DNA of 64,000 nt from Candidatus Omnitrophota bacterium (GTDB lineage: Bacteria > Omnitrophota > Gorgyraeia > Zapsychrales > Fredricksoniimonadaceae). The position numbers and the translations under genes were made by a program. The stretch is from the NCBI GenBank assembly GCA_028865345.1, contig JAGWKL010000002.1, forward strand, positions 665 to 64,664, written 5' to 3'. How positions within the stretch are numbered: position 1 is the stretch's first letter; each line of letters begins with the position of its first letter. The notes below the pieces were generated by a model that was not told the DNA's origin, did not search any database, and worked only from the letters and a program-made list of their open reading frames with translations. Positions 9,184 to 19,660 of this stretch are shown here, piece by piece.

Positions 9184-10263
9184 CTACCACTCCAGCGCGC
9201 CGCCGGTCTGGTATTCGGTAACGCGGGTCTCGAAGAAATTCTTTTCCTTCTTAAGGTCGATGATTTCGCTCATCCAGGGAAAAGGATTGCTGCTCTTATA
9301 TTGCACAGGCAGACGCAATTTTTCAAGACGGCGGTCCGCGATATACTGCACATACTCGCGCAGCATGGCCGTGTTGAGCCCCAAGACCCCGCGGGGCAGG
9401 CATTCCTGGGCATAGGAACACTCTAATTCAACCGCTTTTTTAATGCGTTCGACCAGATGCTCCTTGAACTCAGAGGTCCAGCAATAAGGGTTCTCATCGA
9501 TGATGGTGTTGATAAGCTCAATTCCGAAATTCATGTGGATGCTCTCATCGCGCAGAATGTATTGGATCTGCTCGCAGGTGCCGGGCATGCGGTTCTGACG
9601 GCCGAAAGACAACATGGTCACAAAACCGCTATAAAAGAAAATACCTTCCGTAACCACATAGAAAGCCACCAGGTTATCCAAAAATTTCTGCAAGCCGGCC
9701 GGGGTGGCCAAATCCACCGTGGTGTCTACAATCCCGTCGGTGCAGCTCATTGAAAATTCATCTTTTGCATAAATTTCCTGATTCTCGCGGTACATATTGA
9801 AAATTTCCGTCTCATCCAGGGAAAGAGATTCCACAATGTACTGAAAGGTGTGCGCATGCACAGCTTCCTCAAAAGCCTGGCGCAACAAATACTGGCGGCA
9901 TTCCGGATTGTCCACCATCTTGTATATGGACAGCACGATATTATTGCCCACCAGGGTCTCAGCCGTCGAGAAAAAGCCCAGGTTACGCTTGATCACGTGG
10001 CGCTCGTCCTCTGTAAAAGCATTGGGATTCTTCCATTGCTCGATGTCGCGCTGCATGGAAACCTCAGTCGGCATCCAGGTATTGGCGCAGCCGTCTAAGT
10101 AAAAATGCCAGGCCCATTTGTATTTGATGGGCACCAGCTGGTTGACGTCGACGGTACGGTTATTGAGGATAATGCGTTTGTTATCGGCGGAAACGCGATC
10201 GCGGGTCATGCGCAGGCCGCCGGAGCATTCAGCTTGAGGATTGGTTTGGGGGGTTTCTGGCAT
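9184..10263 (-). CDS. nrdB: Class Ia ribonucleotide reductase beta (R2) subunit.
   Basis: Di-iron/tyrosyl-radical motifs are present: [18 protein letters not shown] and DESIHMNFG. It lies 20 nt downstream of nrdA. Confidence 0.9.
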   Translation of the reverse strand: MPETPQTNPQAECSGGLRMTRDRVSADNKRIILNNRTVDVNQLVPIKYKWAWHFYLDGCANTWMPTEVSMQRDIEQWKNPNAFTEDERHVIKRNLGFFSTAETLVGNNIVLSIYKMVDNPECRQYLLRQAFEEAVHAHTFQYIVESLSLDETEIFNMYRENQEIYAKDEFSMSCTDGIVDTTVDLATPAGLQKFLDNLVAFYVVTEGIFFYSGFVTMLSFGRQNRMPGTCEQIQYILRDESIHMNFGIELINTIIDENPYCWTSEFKEHLVERIKKAVELECSYAQECLPRGVLGLNTAMLREYVQYIADRRLEKLRLPVQYKSSNPFPWMSEIIDLKKEKNFFETRVTEYQTGGALEW

Positions 10264-10283
10264 GTTAAAGACCTCCTAAAAAT

Positions 10284-13200
10284 TTACTGACAGGATTCGC
10301 AGTCCTGCACAGGTTCGGCGGCCGGTTTGGGGGCCGGCGAATCAACCACCCTGCCTTTTTCATCCCGCTGGCGCTGGCCTACCACATTGCCGTATTTATT
10401 GATATTCAAGGTGCTTTTTTCAATGCGGGTGGCACCCATGGAACGCAGATAATACGTCGTCTTCAAGCCCTTTTCCCAGGCAAACATGTACATATCGCTG
10501 ATCTTCTTACCGCTGGGCTTGGCCTGGTACAGATTCAAAGACTGCCCCATGTCGATCCATTTTTGACGGCGGGAGGCCGCCTCTATGATCCATTCATAAT
10601 CGATTTCAAAGGCCGTCGCATATTTGGCCTTCAGGGCTGCGGGAATGCGGGTGATCTCCTGCACACTGCCGTCGAAATATTTCAGGTCATCGATCATTTC
10701 CTGGTCCCAAATGCCCAATTTCTTGAGGTCTTCGACCAGGCATTCATTGATGACCGTAAATTCACCTGACAGGTTGCTTTTGACAAAAACATTCTTATAC
10801 ATAGGCTCGATGGACTGGGTGACGCCGGTGATGTTGCCGATCGTGGCCGTCGGCGCAATGGCCATGACCAGGCTGTTGCGCAGTCCATCCCGCTTGATGG
10901 CGGCACGCAGCGGTGACCAATCCATACGCGCTGAAGTGTCCATGGTCAAATAACCGCCGCGCTCTTTTTCCAAAAGCCCGATGGTATCAATGGGCAAAAG
11001 GCCCCTGTCCCATTTGGAACCTTTATAGCTGCAATAGCTCCCCCGCTCGCGAGCCAATTCCACTGACGCCTGCAAGGCATAGTAAGAAACCGCCTCCATA
11101 CTCTCATCGGCAAAATCGACCGCTTCCTGGGACGCATAACTGTAATTAAGCGCGTACAAAGCGTCCTGAAAACCCATGATCCCCATCCCCACAGGACGAT
11201 GGCTCTGGTTGGCGGCCTTGGATTCTATGGTGGGATAATAATTGATGTCAATGACGTTATCCAGCATGCGCACCGCAGTAGCAATGGTTTGCCGGAGTTT
11301 ATTGGCATCGAGCCCCTTGTCCGTGACGTGGACGGCAAGGTTGATGGACCCCAAATTGCATACCGCAGTCTCGTCCTTGGATGTATTCAACAAAATTTCC
11401 GTGCACAAATTGGAACTATGCACCACACCGGCGTGATCCTGGGGAGAGCGTATATTCGAAGGATCCTTCCAGGTCATCCACGGATGGCCGGTCTCAAAGA
11501 CCATGCTTAAAGCTTTACGCCACAGCTGCACGGCGGAAATGGTCCTGAAATTCTTGATCTTGCCCTCCCGGGCCATCTGTTCATACGCCTCATAGCGCGC
11601 CTCAAAGGCCTGGCCGTAAATATGGTGCAGATCCGGACATTCCGACGGTGTAAAGAGCGTCCAGTCCGCGTTGGCCTTGACCCTTTTCATAAAAAGATCC
11701 GGTACCCAGACGGCCGTATGCATGTCATGCGTGCGGCGGCGTTCATCGCCGGTGTTCTTGCGCAACTCCAGAAATTCTTCGATGTCCAAATGCCAGGCTT
11801 CCAGATAAGCGCACATGGCGCCCTGGCGCTTGCCGCCCTGGTTGACCGCCAAGGCGGTATCGTTGGCAACCTTCAAGAACGGGATGACGCCCTGGCTCTT
11901 GCCGTTGGTGCCTTTGATGCGGCTGCCCATGCCGCGCACATTGGTCCAGTCATTGCCCAATCCCCCACTCCACTTGGAAAGCATGGCATCGTCCTGGATG
12001 CATTTGAAAATGTGGAACAGGTCATCTTCGACCGTTGTCAAAAAGCAGGACGACAATTGGGGATGGCGGGTGCCTGCGTTAAACAGCGTCGGGGTGGATG
12101 ACATGAAACGGAAAGTGGAAAGGATGTTATAAAACTCGACGGCCTTCTGGTTCTTCTGCTCACCTTCGTTGACGGCCAAACCCATCGCCACCCGCATCCA
12201 GAAAATCTGGGGCAATTCGATGCGGCGGTCTTCCCAATGGATAAAATAACGGTCATACACCGTCTGCAGCCCCATATAGCGGAAAATAAAATCGCGTTCA
12301 GGGACAAGGGCCTTGCCCAAGGCCTTTAAATCAAAAAGTTTCAAGGCAGAGTCCAATAATTCATGCTTTACACCCAGATTGATATAGGTGTTTAAATATT
12401 CAGGATATTCCGCGCGCATCCGCTCAAAGGAAACATCCTGACCCAGCGCTTCCTGATAAGCCATCAAAAGCAGCAAACGCGCAGCCACAAACCCGTAATT
12501 AGGTTCTTTCTCGATAAAGCTGCGGGCAGCCAGGATATTGGCCTGGGACAACTGGCGCTCTGTCATGCCATTGAAATAATTTTTGACAGCTTCCTTAAAA
12601 AGCTTTTCCACTGAAACATCGGCCAGCCCTTTGCAACAGGTCTCAAACCTGAAACGCACCTCATCCAGATCAATGGGACGCTCAAGCCCGCCTTCGCCTT
12701 TAAGGACCAGGTTTTTGACCCATTCAATGGATTCTTCCACCTGAACACCGGAGCGATTACGCCGGACCTTGGCTCTTTCTTCTCTATATATAATATACCG
12801 CTTGGCCACTTCATGATAACCGGCGGCCATGATCACTTTTTCCGCAATGTCCTGCACTTCTTCAATATGGATGGATTTGCCCTCCGGCCAACGGGTGCGG
12901 ATCTCGGAGACAGCCTTCTCGCAAAGCTCCTGGGCTTTTTCGATCAGGATTTCATTATAAATACCTTTGTTTTGGGCGATCAGGGCCTTGGCAATGGCCA
13001 GGGCGATCTTTTCCTGCTTGAAAGAAACCACCTTGCCGTCGCGCTTGATCACTGAATATAATTCAAATAATTTGCGCCGTTCGGCATGATAGCGACGGTA
13101 ACTGGCATAACGTTCCGCTGCTTCCTTATAGCCGTTTTCGTACAACTGGCGGATCACCTCATCCTGGATCTCCTCGACTGTCAGGAAAGGCCGCTTGACC

Positions 13201-13412
13201 CCGCGTTCTTTCAAGACCGCCACCACGCAATCCGTCACTTCTTGCGCTTTTTTCATCTCTTCTTGCGTTAATTCAGACTCCCGGGGAAGACCGATTTGTT
13301 CCTTGAAGGAATTTGCGATGGCATGGGTGATGCGGTTGGGGATAAATTCAATGATTTGACCGTTGCGCTTTTGGACTCTGATGTCGAAATTGGCGGCAGT
13401 TTCCGGCGGCAT
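10284..13412 (-). CDS. nrdA: Class Ia ribonucleotide reductase alpha (R1) subunit with three tandem N-terminal ATP-cone domains.
   Basis: 1042 aa protein. Three ATP-cone repeats (VQKRNGQIIEF, VIKRDGKVVSFKQEKI and a third ending YIIYREER) precede the catalytic barrel (SNLCTEI) and a C-terminal CESCQ redox tail. Confidence 0.9.
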   Translation of the reverse strand: MPPETAANFDIRVQKRNGQIIEFIPNRITHAIANSFKEQIGLPRESELTQEEMKKAQEVTDCVVAVLKERGVKRPFLTVEEIQDEVIRQLYENGYKEAAERYASYRRYHAERRKLFELYSVIKRDGKVVSFKQEKIALAIAKALIAQNKGIYNEILIEKAQELCEKAVSEIRTRWPEGKSIHIEEVQDIAEKVIMAAGYHEVAKRYIIYREERAKVRRNRSGVQVEESIEWVKNLVLKGEGGLERPIDLDEVRFRFETCCKGLADVSVEKLFKEAVKNYFNGMTERQLSQANILAARSFIEKEPNYGFVAARLLLLMAYQEALGQDVSFERMRAEYPEYLNTYINLGVKHELLDSALKLFDLKALGKALVPERDFIFRYMGLQTVYDRYFIHWEDRRIELPQIFWMRVAMGLAVNEGEQKNQKAVEFYNILSTFRFMSSTPTLFNAGTRHPQLSSCFLTTVEDDLFHIFKCIQDDAMLSKWSGGLGNDWTNVRGMGSRIKGTNGKSQGVIPFLKVANDTALAVNQGGKRQGAMCAYLEAWHLDIEEFLELRKNTGDERRRTHDMHTAVWVPDLFMKRVKANADWTLFTPSECPDLHHIYGQAFEARYEAYEQMAREGKIKNFRTISAVQLWRKALSMVFETGHPWMTWKDPSNIRSPQDHAGVVHSSNLCTEILLNTSKDETAVCNLGSINLAVHVTDKGLDANKLRQTIATAVRMLDNVIDINYYPTIESKAANQSHRPVGMGIMGFQDALYALNYSYASQEAVDFADESMEAVSYYALQASVELARERGSYCSYKGSKWDRGLLPIDTIGLLEKERGGYLTMDTSARMDWSPLRAAIKRDGLRNSLVMAIAPTATIGNITGVTQSIEPMYKNVFVKSNLSGEFTVINECLVEDLKKLGIWDQEMIDDLKYFDGSVQEITRIPAALKAKYATAFEIDYEWIIEAASRRQKWIDMGQSLNLYQAKPSGKKISDMYMFAWEKGLKTTYYLRSMGATRIEKSTLNINKYGNVVGQRQRDEKGRVVDSPAPKPAAEPVQDCESCQ

Positions 13413-13447
13413 GCTATGTTTCCCTCCTAATGTGTTGAATCAAGAAT

Positions 13448-13495
13448 CATACTATAGGTATGGGGCACTAACTGACAGTAATACTACATATAGTA
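13448..13495 (-). promoter_or_regulatory. Two putative NrdR-box-like palindromes upstream of nrdA.
   Basis: Two near-palindromes sit upstream of the nrdAB start: CATACTATAGGTATG at 13448-13462 and TACTACATATAGTA at 13482-13495. Their centres are about 33 bp apart (roughly three helical turns). They resemble NrdR boxes but are not an exact consensus match. Confidence 0.3.
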
Positions 13496-13543
13496 TTTAA
13501 TAAAAAAGAGAAGTCAACGCTTTTTTTAGAATTTTTTCCAATT

Positions 13544-14158
13544 TTATCTCTTTGCGGCATTGAAACGCTTCTCGACTTCCTGCCAGTTGACCACGTTCCA
13601 AAAAGCCGCAATGTAATCAGGACGGCGGTTTTGGTATTGCAGGTAGTAGGCATGTTCCCAGACATCAATGCCCACGACGGGAGTTTTTCCTTCCATTAAC
13701 GGGCTGTCTTGATTGGCCGTCGAAGAAACTTCCAATTGACCGGGCTTGGAAACTGTCAGCCACGCCCAGCCGCTGCCGAAACGGGACGTTGCCGCCTGGG
13801 CGAATTTTTCTTTGAAAGCGTCGAAAGAACCGAAGGTCTGGTTGATCGCCGCGGCGATATTGCCCGACGGCACCCCGCCGGCCTTGGAGCCGATGATGGT
13901 CCAGAAAAACGTGTGGTTGGCATGGCCGCCGCCGTTGTTGCGCACCACTGTGCGGATGTCTTCCGGCACGGCATTCATATTGGAAATCAAATCCTCGACG
14001 GACTTGCTTTCCAAATCTGTTTTCCCCTTGATGGCATTGTTGACATTATTAATATACGCCTGGTGGTGCTTGGTGTGATGGATTTCCATGGTCGCGCGAT
14101 CGATATGCGGCTCCAGGGCATTATACGGGTAAGCTAACGGGGGTAATGTGTAAGCCAT
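13544..14158 (-). CDS. Fe/Mn-family superoxide dismutase.
   Basis: The N-terminus [31 protein letters not shown], plus metal ligands and the DVWEHAYY motif, are all present. Confidence 0.9.
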   Translation of the reverse strand: MAYTLPPLAYPYNALEPHIDRATMEIHHTKHHQAYINNVNNAIKGKTDLESKSVEDLISNMNAVPEDIRTVVRNNGGGHANHTFFWTIIGSKAGGVPSGNIAAAINQTFGSFDAFKEKFAQAATSRFGSGWAWLTVSKPGQLEVSSTANQDSPLMEGKTPVVGIDVWEHAYYLQYQNRRPDYIAAFWNVVNWQEVEKRFNAAKR

Positions 14159-14173
14159 AATTGCCTCCTAAAA

Positions 14174-14704
14174 TTAATGATGTCCTCCGCAGCCGCAGGC
14201 CTCGCCTTTGACGGCTTTGAGCACTTCATCATAATTGGGTTCACTGGCGACTTCCTTGACCAGTTGGACATAGGTGACCCGGCCCTGTTCGTTGATGACA
14301 AAAATACACCGGGCCAGCAAATTCAAACCCTTGATCAAAACACCGTAGGTTTCACCGAAATTGCCGCGATAATCAGAGAGGGTCTTGACAGCCGTGGCGC
14401 CGTTGGCACCGCACCAGCGTTTTTGCGCGAAAGGCAGGTCCTTGCTTATCGTCAACACCGCGACATCCGAGAGCTTGGAGGCTTCTTGATTGAATCGCTT
14501 TGTTTCAAGATCGCAGACCGGCGTGTCCAAGGACGGGACTGAGGATAAAATGACTTTTTTGCCTTTAAATGAAGATAATTTGACTTCAGAGAGATCATTG
14601 GCTACCAGGGTGGCGTCCGGGGCCTGGTCTCCTGCCTTTATTTCATGGCCGGTCAAGGTCAAAGGATTGCCTTTCATCGTGATTGCGCCGACGCGTTCTG
14701 CCAT
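14174..14704 (-). CDS. tpx: Thiol peroxidase (Tpx-type atypical 2-Cys peroxiredoxin) with a Cys/His-rich C-terminal tail.
   Basis: The peroxidatic motif SSVPSLDTPVCDLET is present along with the Tpx fold. There is an unusual C-terminal extension KGEACGCGGHH. Confidence 0.85.
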   Translation of the reverse strand: MAERVGAITMKGNPLTLTGHEIKAGDQAPDATLVANDLSEVKLSSFKGKKVILSSVPSLDTPVCDLETKRFNQEASKLSDVAVLTISKDLPFAQKRWCGANGATAVKTLSDYRGNFGETYGVLIKGLNLLARCIFVINEQGRVTYVQLVKEVASEPNYDEVLKAVKGEACGCGGHH

Positions 14705-14812
14705 ACCAAACTCCTTTCAGTTCCATTAAAATAAAATCGCATCTCCACATGCCTAATACTCGAACAAAGGACATAATACAATCTTCTTTTTATTTGTCAA
14801 TGGTTTGGTATA

Positions 14813-15217
14813 ATGAGGCGCATGTTCACCTATAAGACCACCATCAAACTGCACGACACCGACGCCGCCGGGATCCTTTTCTTTGCCAACCAATTCAGGA
14901 TCATCCATGATGCTTACGAGCTTCTGCTTGAAAAATTCGGCTGGAGTTTCCCGAAAATGCTTCGACAAACGAATTACTTTCTGCCCATCGTGCATGCACA
15001 GTCCGATTACCTGGTCCCTCTCTTTGTAGGAGACAAGATAACCGTTTCCGTCAGGGTTGGGCATATCGGAAAAACATCATTTTCTTTTGAATACATACTC
15101 AAGCGGGGCAAGACCATGGTTGGGAGCGCCAAAACTGTGCACGTGACCATTGACCAAAAGACCCGCCGGAAAACCCCCCTGCCCGACACCCTGCGCCGGG
15201 CGCTTAACAAATGCTGA
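14813..15217 (+). CDS. Hotdog-fold (4HBT/YbgC-like) thioesterase; candidate 1,4-dihydroxy-2-naphthoyl-CoA thioesterase of the men cluster.
   Basis: The HDTDAAGILFFANQFR motif marks the 4HBT fold. It is adjacent to menE-menC-menA-menB. The start is uncertain between M1 and M4. Confidence 0.55.
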   Translation: MRRMFTYKTTIKLHDTDAAGILFFANQFRIIHDAYELLLEKFGWSFPKMLRQTNYFLPIVHAQSDYLVPLFVGDKITVSVRVGHIGKTSFSFEYILKRGKTMVGSAKTVHVTIDQKTRRKTPLPDTLRRALNKC

Positions 15218-16555
15218 TCATCTGTGGGGCAAGGCTTTCAGGAATTCCTGACGGAAAATTTTAATGCCCTGGTCCATCAAATTTTGCGGCCAGGGGAAAA
15301 ATGCAACGGGGATCTTAAAACGGGGCAAATCCGTCTCCAGACAGCGGATGATATGATCTTCGGGCAGTGGAGCCGCCGTAAATTTAATAAAAGCAATGGG
15401 CCGATGGCCGTATTCTTTATCTTCCTTAGGAACAACCACGGCCTCCGCAATCCCGTTAATGCTTAAAAGCGCCTTTTCGATTTCTTCCGGATGGATGTTT
15501 TCCCCCCCGGAAATAAACATGTTGTCCCGCCGGCCGGTCACGGTCAAACACCCGTTTTTGTCCAAATACCCCATATCGCCGGTGGAAAACCAGCCGTCGG
15601 CCAAAAGCGAATAAAGTTTGTCCCCGGCCGCATAGCCTTTAAACAAAACCTCTCCCTTGACCAGAACTTCTCCGCTCGACGAAATGCTCAATTGCCTGTA
15701 AGGCAAAACCCTGACACAGGCCTTGCCGCCATCGGCCACCTTGCCCGTCGCCACCTGGGAGGCCATTTCCGTTAACCCGTAACTTAAATAAATATTCAAT
15801 CCTGATTTAAAGGATTGCTCGACAAGGACAGGCGGTATGGCCGATCCGCCCAGGAGAATACACTTAAAAGAACGCAACACATCCAAATTTTTCGCTTCAA
15901 GCAACAGCTTCTGCAGCTGTGTTGCGACCAGGGACACATGGGTTGCCTGGGACCGCTTCGCCGCGACGATCAAATCCCCTTCATCGACAATCACCAGGCC
16001 CGCACCCGACAACAAACAACGCGACACAACGGCAAGGCCGGAGACATGGTATAACGGCAAAGACAGAAGCCACCGGTCTGCCGGCGCCAAAGGAATGATC
16101 TCATTGGAACCTTGGGCGCTGTAAAAATGGTTGCCCCACGTATGCACCACTGCCTTAGGCAAGCCGCTTGAACCTGACGTCGCTATGATGGATACTTCCT
16201 GATCAAGACCCAAATCCTTATAGTCCCCTGCTTCAAGGTTCTGGCGGGCATCATAACAAACAATACGTTTGATGTCCGCGCATCGCAATAAATGCCTGGC
16301 ATTGATCTTTGCCATGTACGCAGCAATGGTTTTATCCGGCCAACGGGGTGATATGGGCACGGCCACGGCCTTGATCTGCCATAGGGCCAGCAAAAGGACC
16401 ACATATTCCACGTTATTCTCGTCACAGATGGCAACGCGGTCCAGGGGCTTGATCCCCATCCCTTTAAGCTGCTTGACCGCACAAGCCAGATATAACGCCA
16501 CCTGCTGGCGCCTGATCCGGCGTGTGCCCCAAAAAATACCGAAATGCTCGTTCAT
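15218..16555 (-). CDS. menE: O-succinylbenzoate--CoA ligase (adenylate-forming enzyme).
   Basis: It carries the AMP-binding motif IATSGSSGLPKAVVHTW and the YGLTE motif, and is of MenE-like size (445 aa). It lies upstream of menC. Confidence 0.75.
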   Translation of the reverse strand: MNEHFGIFWGTRRIRRQQVALYLACAVKQLKGMGIKPLDRVAICDENNVEYVVLLLALWQIKAVAVPISPRWPDKTIAAYMAKINARHLLRCADIKRIVCYDARQNLEAGDYKDLGLDQEVSIIATSGSSGLPKAVVHTWGNHFYSAQGSNEIIPLAPADRWLLSLPLYHVSGLAVVSRCLLSGAGLVIVDEGDLIVAAKRSQATHVSLVATQLQKLLLEAKNLDVLRSFKCILLGGSAIPPVLVEQSFKSGLNIYLSYGLTEMASQVATGKVADGGKACVRVLPYRQLSISSSGEVLVKGEVLFKGYAAGDKLYSLLADGWFSTGDMGYLDKNGCLTVTGRRDNMFISGGENIHPEEIEKALLSINGIAEAVVVPKEDKEYGHRPIAFIKFTAAPLPEDHIIRCLETDLPRFKIPVAFFPWPQNLMDQGIKIFRQEFLKALPHR

Positions 16556-17634
16556 AAAATAAGAAATTCTTTTTTGATCACGCCGATTTCACCCATGATG
16601 GGATTTTTAAACCACCGCTCGGTCCCTAAGCCCGCAACCTGGCCGGCCAGGCAGGCCAAATGGGCCAATACCCTGAAACCAACCGGCGATTCAAATGCCG
16701 AACTGACAATGGCCTTGCGTCGCGAAAGCCCGGCTTCCTTTATCCAGTCCAAAACCGGGACAACCCCCAACAGCATGGGCTTGAGGACATAAGCAACAAT
16801 GCCTTCATGTTGTGCTAAAGGCAACGAACAGCACCCCGGCACGAGTGTTTCATCCAAAGCCATCCGCATATGCGTCTTTTCGTAGAAAGCTCCCAATTGG
16901 GCCGGATCATTGACAGGCTCTTCGATAAAATCGATTTTTTGATTGCCGGCGAGCTCGGCAAAAACACAGGCTTCCTTGAGGCTCCACACCCGGTTGGCGT
17001 CTAAGCGCAAATAAGATTCATTGTCCAGCAGGGCGCGTATATCCTGGACTTTCTTAACATCCAGGGCGATATTACGGTCGCCCACCTTTAATTTGAACAC
17101 TTGGGGAACTTGTTGGGAAAAACGTTTGACGTCGGCCATAACGTCCTGATATGTTCCCTGCAATAAAACCGCCGTACGTACGTCTTTTAACTGGGCGCCT
17201 AAAAATTCAGCCAGGCTTTTGCCCGCAGCTTGTGCCGCCAGCAACAGAATGGCCGATTCGACGGAAAAACGTACGGATGCGCATAAATTTAAAATATGCC
17301 CATCATGCCTTAAAACTTCCAGTAATTCATCTTTCTGACGAGGGACATTGAATTCCTTTAAATAGGAACAGGTTTCGGCCAAATCATGTTTGGCGCGGCG
17401 GATAGTTTCAGGGCTGAAGCCTTCTAAGGGGGCGGCTTCGCCCTGGGCATTCAGTCCGCCGGAGGTTTGGAGAGTCAGATAAAATCCGTTACGCTCCGTA
17501 ATCTCATGACCGGCAAATGTAAAAGGCTTAAGGAAAGGCGTCTTAAAAGACAAAAAACTGCATTGGCCGATCGTTAGCTGCTGCACAAGACCCATCCCAA
17601 TGAAAAAAGCACGCTGTAGACCAGCAACAAACAT
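16552..17634 (-). CDS. menC: o-Succinylbenzoate synthase (enolase superfamily).
   Basis: Enolase-superfamily barrel residues (KLKVGDRNIALDVKKV, RLDANRVW) are present. The ORF start overlaps the menA end, so the true start is probably an internal Met. Confidence 0.7.
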   Translation of the reverse strand: MFVAGLQRAFFIGMGLVQQLTIGQCSFLSFKTPFLKPFTFAGHEITERNGFYLTLQTSGGLNAQGEAAPLEGFSPETIRRAKHDLAETCSYLKEFNVPRQKDELLEVLRHDGHILNLCASVRFSVESAILLLAAQAAGKSLAEFLGAQLKDVRTAVLLQGTYQDVMADVKRFSQQVPQVFKLKVGDRNIALDVKKVQDIRALLDNESYLRLDANRVWSLKEACVFAELAGNQKIDFIEEPVNDPAQLGAFYEKTHMRMALDETLVPGCCSLPLAQHEGIVAYVLKPMLLGVVPVLDWIKEAGLSRRKAIVSSAFESPVGFRVLAHLACLAGQVAGLGTERWFKNPIMGEIGVIKKEFLIL

Positions 17635-18452
17635 CCGGTCTGTGCCAGGACCCGGTTAAGAGCAGGCCCATCCGCTTGCGTAAAAACGCCGATGATACTG
17701 GGGATGGCCAGAAAACCGGTCAGGGAAGCCACGGCGATGCCTTGGTAATCATCCGTAATAAGGACGACCGCGAAAGGTATTAATGCGGCCGCCAGGATGC
17801 AAAAAAGATATTCACCCATGGCAAAGCTCCTGCCGAAACGCACGGCCATGGTGAGTTTGCCCGCCCGGCGGTCGCCGTCAATGTCCCGCAGATTGTTCAC
17901 AGCTAAAATGGCTGCTGACAAAAAGCCCGGGGCCAGCCCCGCGACAATGACCGCCCAATTGATTTCCAGGCTTTGGACATAATAAGTCCCTGCGACGGCG
18001 ACAGGTCCGAAAAAGACCAGCACGAATAAATCTCCCAACCCCAAATATCCCAACGGCATCGGGCCTGCGGTATAAAAAATCCCTGAGACGATGGAGGCGA
18101 CCGCAATGACCAAAATGCAAAAACCGGCACGATGGATGAGGTAAACAGAAGACAAAGCTGCAAGTAGAAAGAAAATGATCGCTGCCGTCAGGACCACCCG
18201 GGGTTTGATCAAACCGGCCTGGGTGACGCGCACCGGCCCCTGGCGTTCAGAGGTGTCCGCACCCTTTTTAAAATCAAAATAATCATTGGCCAGATTGGTG
18301 CCGATCTGGATGCACAACGCCGCCGACAAGGCCATAAAAGCCGAAGGAGCGTGAAAAAGCCCGTCGCCAAAGGCCATGGCGGTACCGATAATCACAGGCG
18401 CAACCGCCGCAGGCAGGGTCTTGGGACGGATGGCAAGAAGCCAGGGATTCAT
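17574..18452 (-). CDS. menA: 1,4-dihydroxy-2-naphthoate octaprenyltransferase (UbiA superfamily).
   Basis: A polytopic membrane protein with the UbiA Asp-rich motifs NDYFDFKKGAD and NNLRDIDGD. Confidence 0.8.
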   Translation of the reverse strand: MNPWLLAIRPKTLPAAVAPVIIGTAMAFGDGLFHAPSAFMALSAALCIQIGTNLANDYFDFKKGADTSERQGPVRVTQAGLIKPRVVLTAAIIFFLLAALSSVYLIHRAGFCILVIAVASIVSGIFYTAGPMPLGYLGLGDLFVLVFFGPVAVAGTYYVQSLEINWAVIVAGLAPGFLSAAILAVNNLRDIDGDRRAGKLTMAVRFGRSFAMGEYLFCILAAALIPFAVVLITDDYQGIAVASLTGFLAIPSIIGVFTQADGPALNRVLAQTGCLLLVYSVLFSLGWVLCSS

Positions 18453-18455
18453 AGG

Positions 18456-19289
18456 TCAGGGCCTCTTGGGAAATTTAGAAAAATCCGGTTTGCGTTTCTG
18501 CACAAAGGCATTACGGCCTTCCTGGCCCTCTTCAGTCATATAAAATAAAAGCGTGGCATTGCCCGCCAGCTCCTGCAAACCGGCCTGCCCGTCGCAATCC
18601 GCGTTCATGGCGGACTTGATGCAGCGGATGGCCAAAGGCGAATGCTGCAAAATTTCTTTGGCCCAACGGACGGTCTCTTTTTCCAATTCTCTATATGGGA
18701 CGACCGTGTTGACCAATCCCATCTCCAGCGCCTGCTTGGCATTATACTGCCGGCACAAAAACCAGATCTCGCGCGCCTTTTTCTGGCCGACAATGCGCGC
18801 CATGTAGCTTGAGCCGAACCCTCCGTCGAAGGACCCCACCTTCGGGCCCGTCTGGCCGAAGACCGCGTTGTCCGCGGCAATGGAAAGGTCGCAGACCATA
18901 TGAAGGATCTGACCGCCGCCCACGGCATAACCCGCCACCATGGCAATGACGGGTTTCGGACAGGAGCGTATCTGACGTTGAAAATCCAGCACATTCAAAC
19001 GGTTGGTGCCGTCCTTGTCCTTATAACCGGCATCCCCTCGGATCTTCTGGTCCCCGCCGGAACAAAACGCTTCTCTGCCTTCACCGGTCAGGATGATGAC
19101 GCCCACCTTCTCGTCATCGCGGGCATCGTTTAAAGCGTCCATCATTTCTTTGACTGTAACCGGCGTAAAAGCATTGCGTCGCTGGGGACGGTTGATCGTG
19201 ATCTTGGCCATGCCTTCCATCTTTTGATATTTGATCTCTGTGTAGGACTTAGCCGTTTTCCAGGAGAATTTCGACATATTGACCCTCAA
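18456..19289 (-). CDS. menB: 1,4-dihydroxy-2-naphthoyl-CoA synthase (crotonase family).
   Basis: The sequence is MenB-like throughout, including [36 protein letters not shown] and the C-terminal KRKPDFSKF. Confidence 0.9.
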   Translation of the reverse strand: MRVNMSKFSWKTAKSYTEIKYQKMEGMAKITINRPQRRNAFTPVTVKEMMDALNDARDDEKVGVIILTGEGREAFCSGGDQKIRGDAGYKDKDGTNRLNVLDFQRQIRSCPKPVIAMVAGYAVGGGQILHMVCDLSIAADNAVFGQTGPKVGSFDGGFGSSYMARIVGQKKAREIWFLCRQYNAKQALEMGLVNTVVPYRELEKETVRWAKEILQHSPLAIRCIKSAMNADCDGQAGLQELAGNATLLFYMTEEGQEGRNAFVQKRKPDFSKFPKRP

Positions 19290-19291
19290 TG

Positions 19292-19630
19292 TTAATGGAC
19301 TAATGACCGCAGATTAAAAGACTCGCCTTTATAGCGGGGCAACAAATGGATATGCGCGTGCATGACGATCTGCCCGGCAGCCTCGCCGCAGTTGGCAGCG
19401 ATATTGAATCCATCCGGCTTATATTCCTTGGTCAGCAGTTCCTTGGCCTTTTGGATCAATGCAAAAACCGCTTTTATCTCTTCGGGTGTTGATTCAAAAA
19501 TAGTGGCATGGTGCCTCTTGGGTATGAAAAGCATATGCCCTTTGGTGATGGGGTGGATATCATAAACGCAATAGGCCAGTTCGTTTTCGAAGACTTTCGG
19601 CAGGTCCTTGCAAAATATGCACTCGTGCAT
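19292..19630 (-). CDS. HIT-family (histidine triad) nucleotide hydrolase.
   Basis: The HAHIHLLPR histidine triad is present along with a Cys-x2-Cys N-terminus. Confidence 0.8.
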   Translation of the reverse strand: MHECIFCKDLPKVFENELAYCVYDIHPITKGHMLFIPKRHHATIFESTPEEIKAVFALIQKAKELLTKEYKPDGFNIAANCGEAAGQIVMHAHIHLLPRYKGESFNLRSLVH

Positions 19631-19660
19631 AGACTTAGCTCCTGAGATTGAATATAAAAT

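Noticed and set aside
9068-9426. Plus-strand ORFs of 115 and 99 aa overlapping nrdB.
   Set aside because: They lie antisense and entirely inside a strongly supported nrdB coding region and have no motifs. They are typical shadow ORFs.
11622-12132. Plus-strand ORFs of 159 and 105 aa inside nrdA.
   Set aside because: They are antisense to a conserved 1042 aa nrdA and have no recognisable domains.
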